From Balanoglossus misakiensis (Eukaryota > Animalia > Hemichordata), in NCBI GenBank assembly GCA_040954595.2, contig CM082580.2:5322783-5386782 (forward strand): a stretch of DNA of 64,000 nucleotides, in the 5' to 3' direction. Of the stretch, positions 27,801-38,181 are shown in pieces (position 1 is the first letter of the stretch; each line of letters opens with the position of its first letter). The notes below the pieces were generated by a model that saw nothing but the letters and a program-made list of their open reading frames with translations, did no database searches and was not told the DNA's origin. The translations under genes were made by a program, and so were the position numbers.

Positions 27801-30800
27801 GCAACTCCTGTTTATAATTCCAAATTGGGAGATCCGAATTCCTCGTCAATGCAGTCTGCTGTTTATTTGATATTCAAATAACCACACGGTATCATCTTCT
27901 CATCATTCAGCTTCACATTATAATTTCACGGCTTATTTCATCTGATCAAATTAGCCTTTCACTGGGCATTGTTGGATGGTACTGAACGGTACAATGTTGT
28001 TAAGATATTAATCATGAATGACTGAACGTCTAAACACCGACGGCGCGCCTAGGCCTACGTCTATTATTTTAACAGAGAACCGGGTCAAGTGAGTCGGAAA
28101 ATAAATACGGCTGCCAGTCTTTGACCTTAATGATATTTTTCAATTTTGTGCAGTTTTGCTGAGCGATAGGCAACTTGCGAAAGTTTTTTTTCTCGAATGG
28201 AATGCGCAGGGTGTACATTTTCCACCATGCCGTTCGACTCTGCCACTGTGTTCTGTCGGTAGAATTGAAGCTCGAAAATGCGCCGAGAGTCGTTCTTGTA
28301 TCTGAATCAACGAAGGCCGGTCCGAAATACTGAAGTTGAAGGCAATGCAATGCAATGTACCCCCACGTTATTCGCGGGAGATTGTCGCGCCTCCTCAAGA
28401 TCACAAATTAAACACGAAGAGGAGAGACTTTTATGAAAAGCGAAAATTAGAGTACAGTTTCCACTGGATCGTTCGAAGGACACGCGAGTTCAAACTGTGC
28501 GTGACCATGCTCGGTCGGCCGCCGGAAGGACGACGCTTCCCAGTAGCCGTAACTTCTTTTAAACGATCCTATAAAACTTTACACATCAGTGTCCGATGCT
28601 GAAATACCGCAACCGACAAGCTTACAATATAACCAGCAACATACGCCGCGGCTAACCCATCTTTCAATATACGACTCGATCAGACGGTCACTACATAATG
28701 CCCCAATTGAGAAAATGTTAAAATTTAATCTGTATCCCACGGCAAATAGAAGTATTCTGTTTAATTTCGGATAGAATTTTTAAAACATTTATTGAATATT
28801 TATTATAGGGACTTCAAAACGTTAATTTTGAATATCCCTATACATTCCAAATCCCATGACTTACATGTTTTTTTGATCGATTTATATCAGAATCACTGAC
28901 GACAGGCATTGATTTCTTGTCCGGTATTCGGTAGTTTTAAAGTACGCAGTCTTGGACATTAAAGATTTAACTCCCTCGTCCGACCCTAATCACCATTCAG
29001 CTTGTCGATTTCATTCAAACATAGCTCGAAGATGATGTACTAGGAGGGCATATACGCGTCTATTTGTTTAGTGATCTAATCCAATATGGTCGTCAGGCAG
29101 CCATTTTGTTTAAAAAATATTGCATGCCCTGGCGCCAGTATGCAAAATATATAGTTCAAACTTGGCACAAGGACGATCTCCAATGACATATCTATTTCAA
29201 TATGGTTGCCAGTAAAGCTATTTTGATATGACCCTTCTTCCAAAACCCATTGATCTAGCGGGGACACTATCATTGACAATGACTTGCTATTCTTAGTGGG
29301 CTGCATGCATTCCGCAGACTATGCCAAACTCGAGTTACTCAAGTCTTCAACTAAAAAATTCCAAACACCTAAAATATGAATATCCATAATTGTTGACTGT
29401 CAATTATATGACACCTCATTAATTTAATGACACTTGCTTTGGTCACCGTCTTTAAAGCTTTGGCCTTCGGAAAATGTCCCAATCAGGCGCAATTAATTAA
29501 TCCGTTATTGAAAAATTCCACGTATTTATTATAACGACACAGCAAAAATAATTAATACGAAGGGAACGGGGGGAAACGCTCCTGTCTGGAGATATTTCTA
29601 TCCAACTCCTGTCTTTAGGTACGTGGACAAGTTTTTCGACCTATAACTTGCATTTTCACTTTCATTTTAGTCTGCCAGTGAACCGGGTGAAAATTTACCG
29701 CTGTTCGTCCGCCATATTTTTGTGGAAACATCATGGCGGAAGTTGGCGTAGCTGACGACACCCGTTGACCTCTGACCTCCACCCCATATTTTGAAGTAGA
29801 GAACATCAAAATACTTCCCTCGATTTGGCAATTTAGGCAGAATCTACGACTAACCGTCACTAATGCAGAAAACGACAGAATTAAACAATCCAAAGCTGGG
29901 CACTGTAGTATAAAAAACCGCACGGGTTGTCAATTTATTAATAATATAAAATTTCCATGATTTGCTTTACGTTGATGTAAACGCGTCGTAAAAATATAAC
30001 GTTTTTAAAGTCAATGATCACATTTTACCAGTCCGTTGGACAGTTACCCTCGGGCTGCTTTCGGTTTATTAGATTAGCAGTGGGACCTCGCGGCAAACTC
30101 ACCATGGCAACGCATCCGTGTTTTTACGATAGCTAACATCATCTATGTTTATAAAACTAAAGAATTTAATGCTTTGCGTTTTATTACACGGTAATGAGGT
30201 AATGTGGTCTGTACGTCGCGGCTGTTCACCTCATCATGAATCTAAAAACAAGCTTGATGAAAATCTAAAAATCAACGCGGTTGATTCGAATCGAATGATC
30301 AACGCGGATTACCGGCCAGTTCGTAACCGAATCCGGTTCTTTTGAAGGTATCTCGAGAATGTATGGGGCGCTTGATGGCCTGGGTACCAGAATCTCTCTG
30401 CGTAAACACCGGGTGTCGCCATTTTTCATTTGCCTTTTTTTGTCAACTTGAGCAGAGCAGGCAGAGGCCCACTGAAAACTTGAAACCTGGGCCATAACAG
30501 TCAGGGAATTAAAATTGTTCATCGCAAGCTGTGCGGGCAGCTGCTCGAAGTTGTATAAATAAGCCGTGTCTTAAAAATACCGCGACCTCTTTCAACCGAG
30601 TAGCGCGCGCATGCCGTGACCGGGAGTCGTCTGGTCACGTCAGCTTGAAATTGGAACACTGACAAAAATAACACTTTTCTCCCTCCTCCCCGTTTGCAGT
30701 CAAAGGAGCGCCTGAAACGCCTCGAAAGCATCATGGATACGTGTGCAGCCATTGAAAACCTCAAGGATGGCGGAAGACTGCCGGCTCCTATTCGGAGAGC

Positions 30801-33800
30801 CATGAAGGGACAGCCGCGAGACAGCTGCAACTACATCATTCCCGGTCATGGAATTCCAGCAGTGAGTATTTTGCGTTGGCGGCGCTCTTCCTGAATATTG
30901 CATTTCAAATTTCATCCTGCCAGATTATAGTATATTCAACTTGGGTCGTCGTCATAATAATATGGCTAAGCGTTAGAATGGATTCTTGCCAGCAGAGGCC
31001 CAAGATACGTGCGCGGTTTACGATATAGGCCTAATGGATGAGTATGACCCCACCATTCACTGAATGCGCATATTTTACATAATACGACATTTCTTCCACG
31101 TAAAGTAGTATTGCAGTAGACTGATGATAAAAACTAATGGTGGTCACGGTGCTGGTAGTAGTAATGATGGTGACAATGATGGGGACGATGTTCGCACCCA
31201 GCCCCTGTGGCCTAATGGAAAAGGCGTCGGTCTCCTATCCTTCTTACGAAGTCAACCGAAGATTGCGGGTTCGAGTCCCGCCAGGGGTTCATTTTTTCCC
31301 CTAATGAGACGAACCATTAGTTTCTGCAAAAGTGTCTCCTTGTCGCGCCATCCACACCTTCTGTCAGATACACCACAAAGCAACGATCTCTCCGCGATCA
31401 CCCATTGAATTTGCCGCCATTTTGGGATCTCTTAACGGCCTTTGTTCTTATCTGTTATGATGTCTCTTTTTTACTCCAGGAATTTTTAACAGAAGAGCTC
31501 ATATCAAACGACGAGACGAGTGGACCTCTGAGGGAACGGCACGATTCGTTAAAGCGAGAGGTAATGATGCAGTAGTCACCATAAAGTCTCATGTGTCTCT
31601 CGATACAAGTTATGCCACGCCTCCTGTTATTTTTAACGTGTTTCTCCCCATCCCCATCCACGAAAGAAAAACAAAATAATAGATAAACGGTATTAACATT
31701 TGTGAACTACTTGTGTCCGTGCGACAATGTTTTTTTTCTTTTTTTAATTCCAGGCACGTGAACTCGAAGTTACAATAAGTTATTCGGAAAAAGCAATAGA
31801 AACTTTACTTGATAGATATGAAACGTGAGTATACACCTAAACGAGAATGATCTCTGCCATCTGCCACACGCATTTTCATTTCCAAACCTTTAATAATCGT
31901 TATTTTATTTTCTTAAAATTATCTTCTATTCATTTTCAGCCATTTAGAAAATAGACATTACGGAAGAGCCAACGAAGTGAAAGAGGAGATTTTGAAACTG
32001 AAACAAGCGAAGAGAAACGCAAAAGCGCAACTTGCAATATGCAAAGAACAGGTAGGGGCTGCTTGCGCGCGCATGTTCGGCGACCACGTGACAATTATCG
32101 ATCGTGAGGAAACCAGCTGCGCCAATCATGACGTTCCTCTTTAAACGGTGAGACCACCTGCACAGACACCGAGAAACTCGGGGGGGGGGGGGGTCTATGG
32201 TGAGACCAACTAAACTGTGGATAAAGCCCCGTTTCCTCTTATAATAATTTCACCTTTATCGTCTGTCGTCTCCGCAGTTAAAGTTATTTACACAAGAGGT
32301 ACTCGCCGAGGGTCAAAGGGACCTTGCGGCGTGGGCAAACCGGGAACCAGCGGCAACGCATCGAGCCAGCCCGTCAGAGAAAGCAACAGGCGCCGCGGAG
32401 GCCAACGGCGGTGTGCCGCCGGACAAGACGAAGACGCCGCCCGTGTCGCCGAAACACCCGGATGCAAAGTGCAACGGCTCTGTGCCGACCGCACATCTCT
32501 TTCAGGAGCACGTTTTCAAGAAGCAGACATCGTGTGAGAATTGCAAAGGCCAGCTTATTGGTGAGTGCTGCGATTGGCATATATTTGTGGGCGTGGGCAT
32601 TTCTGTACATATAAACAACATACATTTTTTCCTGTGTACGGAACAGTTTATTGAGAAACAAAACGAAGCCGCGCCCCTTTAAAAGACCAGTGCACAGCGC
32701 AAGACATTTTATGCCTAAAACTAGTAACGTTGTGCCATTGCTAACAATGATTTTGCATTAAGTTGACACCAATCCATCACTACCCTTTATTTATGAAAAG
32801 CGATAAATTGTTGTCATAGAAACGTTAATTTACCTTTGCAGGCCTGACCAAGCAGTGCGTGAAGTGTACAGCTTGCAAAATGGCCGCCCATATGAAGTGC
32901 ATGGAATTAGTCCCACCGTGCAAACGTGTGGAGGTAAGTGTCAAGTGAGTGGCCTCGTTCGAGACTAGTTTGAAATGCAGCCTTCCTCGCCCAAATATGC
33001 CCTTTGTGCATACATATATAACGTCTTCTTCTCGGAAATGTGTGAAATTTGAGGACAAGACACGTTAAATTCGGTTTGACAAGAAAAATGGTAAGTGCAG
33101 GAGCCTACACAGAGCACATAAGGCCCCGTATGTATCTCAGTAAGACTGCAACCGATTCCTCACGTCACTTCCGGTTGCGGAACATTCAACTGGGGAAGCA
33201 GCTTATCATGAGTATTGAAATTAACGATGATCTTCCGTTTGATTTACCCCTCTCGTCACAGGGCAGACGTAAGCTGAGCCGACAGAACAGCTTAACCGCA
33301 TTAACAAACGTAAGTCGAGTCCTCGTCCCATTGCCTCTAAAGTATTCTTGATAAATTTCCGATTGACATTCCCCTCGTCAAACCAGGACTTCCGTACATA
33401 CCACCATTCTTTCACTGTATATAGCCTTGTCGTCAAAACGTGACCATGGCAAGGTCAGCTTGACACAAACTACAATGTAACAAGTTATTTTTCTGGACTT
33501 TGCAGTTTACGAAGAAGAATCTACTCAAACGGCAGAGAAGTCTTTCAGATATATTTTCTCGTTTGTCGTCGAAGGATGAAAATGACAACACGAGCAAGGA
33601 CGGACAGTCAGGTAAAATTTTCCCCGCACAGTGCATGGTATATATTTTGCATGTAAGCGTATCCACCCGCGCTCCGTTTACAATAGTCTGCAAAATAAGG
33701 CAGCGTTCACAAACACCTTTGGAGGGGGGGGGGGTCGGGAGCATCTTGAAAAATACACATTGATACACGTTATGATTACTGTCTGAGTATGGAAGCTTGG

Positions 33801-36800
33801 CTCCGATAATACACTGATATGCCCTCTGTCCTGGTAATTCCGCGCCCCATTTAGAGATGCACGGTAGTGAAGGCTGGACAAGTGATCTGATATTTTACAA
33901 TTTCGGCCCAGGGGTTGTGATAGTTCCCAAAATGCGTTGTTAACCGATAACTCGCCCTTTGTCGTTTGCAGAAACTGAGGCTGAAGTGGACTTCGTCTAC
34001 GAGACGATCAAATGTGCCAAAAGTCTGTCGGGACTGGCCCCGGGAGAACAGCTCAGGCAGCGCGAACGACTCGCAAGTTGCGGTGGCTACGACACTGACG
34101 CTAGTGACGTCACAGGAAGGAGATCGTCCGTAGCCTCTACGTCATCGGTGGTTTCTTCGGTCAGGTAAGAAGCATGCGGATTATTAGCTGTCTAACTATT
34201 TATTTCCAGTTATTTGTTATATGCTGATGTTTTGATATTGAAAAGGAGTCAGTATGATCAGGGAGTATGGCAAAGGAAACAATAAGAATTTTTTGTGATC
34301 ATGATATTGATGTTTAAATTGAAAACTCTTCTATCGTCTTTAGAAGTTCAATGCATTTTCTATGAGCAACGTTTTCTATAAGCAACGTAGTTCGAATATT
34401 CTGCTCTCCTCTTTTCCGTTCTAAGTCTTGCCAAAACGCAGGAAGCCCGTCGTTCGATCATGAAGGGCCGAAGCATATCTCTGGACCATGCAGGTAAGTG
34501 GCACGACGGTAATCAAGATGTTAGAGATAGGTTGTCTGAATTTCGCACCCGCCTTGAAAATCGGTATCTGTCGCTCTCACTTCGCTCATGTACTCTATTT
34601 TCTCAAAAGAAGCCAGCGGTCACCATTTGTAAAACGTGTTTACAAAAATTTGAAATTAAATGGCAGCCAAACTTGAACAGAACACCAAATGACACCAAAC
34701 ATGCTTGCGTGTAGTAAGAAGAAAAAGTTAAATCATTTTTCTGAAAAAAATGTCCCCAAGCGAATATTGGGAAAGCGGCACGTATTCTTGTTATGTTTAG
34801 CACGCAACCTCAGTTCGTTACCCCATTCCCCGAATGCTGTTAAATCGAACATGTATTGCTTGACTCGTTATCAATTGCAAGTGTATGCATGGTTCACAAC
34901 GACTTCATGTACATGTACATGTACATGTACGGACATAAATATCTCTCCTTCGTGGCGTACGTGTTCTTACTCTTTCTAAACGTTCACGTTAGTTGCACAT
35001 CATGGACTGAGGGTAAGTAACGACACGTCGACCAACACTGATAACCAACCCCAAAACTGTCCCTGTGCCCGTATCTTCCATACTAAACCATAATCATTAC
35101 AATTCTTTTATATGTATGTATTTTTCCCCCAAACAGATCCAAAAATATCAAAGAAAGGCTCGGTGAGTAAGCCTCCTACACTTCTAACCATTAAATAATT
35201 TGAAGTTGCAAGTGGACGATGCCAGCCGCGTCGTGCACCCATGTACTAAATTTCGTTCACAGGTAGTGGGGTGCAGTGGAATAAAACAACTCAAGTTGCT
35301 GTAGGCTGTTCTTCCATAATAGGATTCAGTGACTCTAATTAGATGTCTATCTCATCCAAGTCGTGTCGTGGGCTGAAACTTGTCGTTTTCTGTCAAATTA
35401 ACCCATTCTCTGAAAGTTAAAAAGACCCGCTTATCACTGTTTGGGCTCATTCATTTGCAGCATATTTTTTCGCACAATGTCGTATTCTTTCGGCATGCAT
35501 ATTGTTTCTAAACGTGCCCTTTAAAATGCTTCATCCGACTTTCTTAGTTTTTTAAAAATATATTTATATTTCCTGGGAATGTTTAAATCTGTTGTGTTCA
35601 TTTGTAAAGTACTCCTTCCATTCTATCGATGTGTATTTTTTTCTTAACTTCCATTTTTCTCTTCTATTTTTTTCCTACTGGCATGTGTTTATAATAAACA
35701 CTGCTGCTTTATTTTAACTTTGAATGTATGCTGGTCTCTTTGTGCGTGTGTACGTGCTCGTGTGTATGTGGTTTTATCCTTCAAATCATTTTTAAATACA
35801 CTTGGACCCAAACATATAGTGTTATGTAAAATTACTACATTGCATAAGTCAATTAACAACACATTAGTGTTAACTTTTGTGTCCTAGTAAAATCTATGAA
35901 TCGGTCATAAGACTTGTCAATATGAAAAAGATTTGAACATTTTGAAGCAATGATATCCTGGTCAAGTTCTATTGCACAACAAAAATAGTGCAAACAGATC
36001 ACCCTCACTCGCGACTTAACCTTAAGGTCACATAACTAAACGCAACACAAAGTGAATCACACGCAGTTGTTAGTTGCTTGGTTTCGGTTGTGGTTTCGAT
36101 GATGGCCGATGTGTATGCCAGAATCGCCGTGCCGCAACTTGGTCTGATTGAGTAAAAAATTCCAACTAAGGGCAGAACTATTTCATTTCTGGGGGAGGGG
36201 TGGATGAAGGATTTTATTTGGGGGGGGGGGGTGTTGGCAGATGGTGCAGAGGAGGAGTTCTTCTGCAATGCTATGTGGGAAAAGGTGGACAGTGTAACAG
36301 TGGCTGAAAAAAAATGCTGACATGCCCAGATCCTCCAACCCCCCCCCCTCAGAAATCAAATGGTTCTCTCCTGAGCAACGCGGTGCCCTTGAAATCAGTG
36401 CGAAGGAATCCAGAAAATACTGGTGGAAACCTTGACAAGCAAACTGGAGCCCCATCTACGGTTTAAAAAAACCCACCACGAAGAATATGCGTGTTCTACA
36501 AATTTGTGACCAATCGACACAATTGCTACTCCACGGTCACGCCACGAAAGAGCGCCACCACCGAGAAATTCACGTTGTCCTGCTGTTGGCCCTTGATGTA
36601 GCTTCTGTACTTACGGTCTTGTCTGCCCGCAGCAGACAATTCCCGGGAAAGATGTGGACACGATGTCACTGCATCAAATTCCCGAAATTCCACAAAATGT
36701 AAATTCTTTGGTTTAGAGAGGAACGTCCATAAAACGCACCTTGCATCGACCGTCATCATCTTGTGGATGTTTTCACGTTTAACGACTCTCATCAAAATTT

Positions 36801-38136
36801 CGTAAAGTAAGAGAAGGTGGGGATCGCCATCACTATTAAAATATACACGGGGACTATAACACATACCGTAACAAATCTGTGCTAACGATCGGGCGAATGT
36901 CCTATAATATAACATGTAACTATTTCTCGATATAGTACTAGCCATTTTAGCAAAGAGATTGGCGGCCATTTTGAAATTCAAATTCGCACTTTCATTCAAA
37001 ATATTATTCTCAATTTTAAGACAGAATAATCTAAAGTTTCTTTTAGGAAAATAAGAGAAAGACATTTTGGACTTTGACTTTCTAGGCGCATACTACCTTA
37101 ATTGTGTAGCTAGAGCTACATTCTTGTTCTAACTTCAGCTGGCATGACTTATGACAGCCTGTATAGTTATAGTTGTCTTAGGTATACTACTGCTTGAAAC
37201 GAGTGTGCGGTCATTTCCATAACACAACAAAAACCATGCATGACTGTGTCAGTAACACAAGTTTGATTTTTTTCGACTGAGATTGGTTGTCACAGTGCGC
37301 CCTCTCTTGTTCTTGCAGGTCAGGAAACGCAGTTACGCGGGGTGCGAGACGAAGCGGTCAGTCTCCCTGCCATCGGACCCTCAGAAAGGTCGAATTGTAT
37401 ACCAGTACGTGGACCCGGAGAGTGCGCCGTTTCAGGTGAGATTTGCGTCCACGACTTCACTTTGTTTTTCGCGTATTCCGAACTTTCCATTTACATTGTC
37501 CATTTCTTGATACAGAAACTGTTCAGTTTGAAGGACTGTTCAGTGGTGATTGTTTGCCCGACTGACTTGTGATTTTTTTTTCGTAATCGCAGGATGACCT
37601 AGATTCAAGTCGCCGTTACGTTGCGCTGTATAACTTTGAAGGAACTAAACCGGACGATCTTTCACTCACGTAAGTGTCTTCAGCAGTCTACCATAACGAC
37701 GAACGAAGTATTAGAACTTTTGTATGACACTAATTAGGGATAACATATATTAAGTGTCCGATATAGACACCACCAAATCGGTAGCAGAGAAAAGGCATTG
37801 TCAGCTCGACTCTAAATTAAATGATAATTATTACAGAAAGTTTACAACAATTCACACACACATAAGTGGCGTGCTTTCCATGTTCTTTGAAAGTGAATAA
37901 CTGTAAAATTGTCTTAAATGATTGATTTCTGACAGGCCTGGTGACATTGTTAAAATTCTGGACAAAACAAGCGAGCAGTGGTGGAAGGTACGTATCTAGC
38001 TTTGAGCGCCATCTTTGTGTCTCCAAAATTAATATACATGTATATCATATGACGCGAAATAATGATAATAATGCTGGTGATGGTGGTGGTGGTTGTGATG
38101 ATGATGATGATGTTGATGATGATGATGATGATGATA

Positions 38137-38181
<45 letters not shown>

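Noticed and set aside
19993-32051. Assignment as FES/FER kinase, FCHSD/nervous wreck or GMIP/ARHGAP29-type gene
   Set aside because: No SH2, kinase or RhoGAP domain follows. The C1 plus VDxVYET plus short-linked tandem SH3 combination points to STAC.
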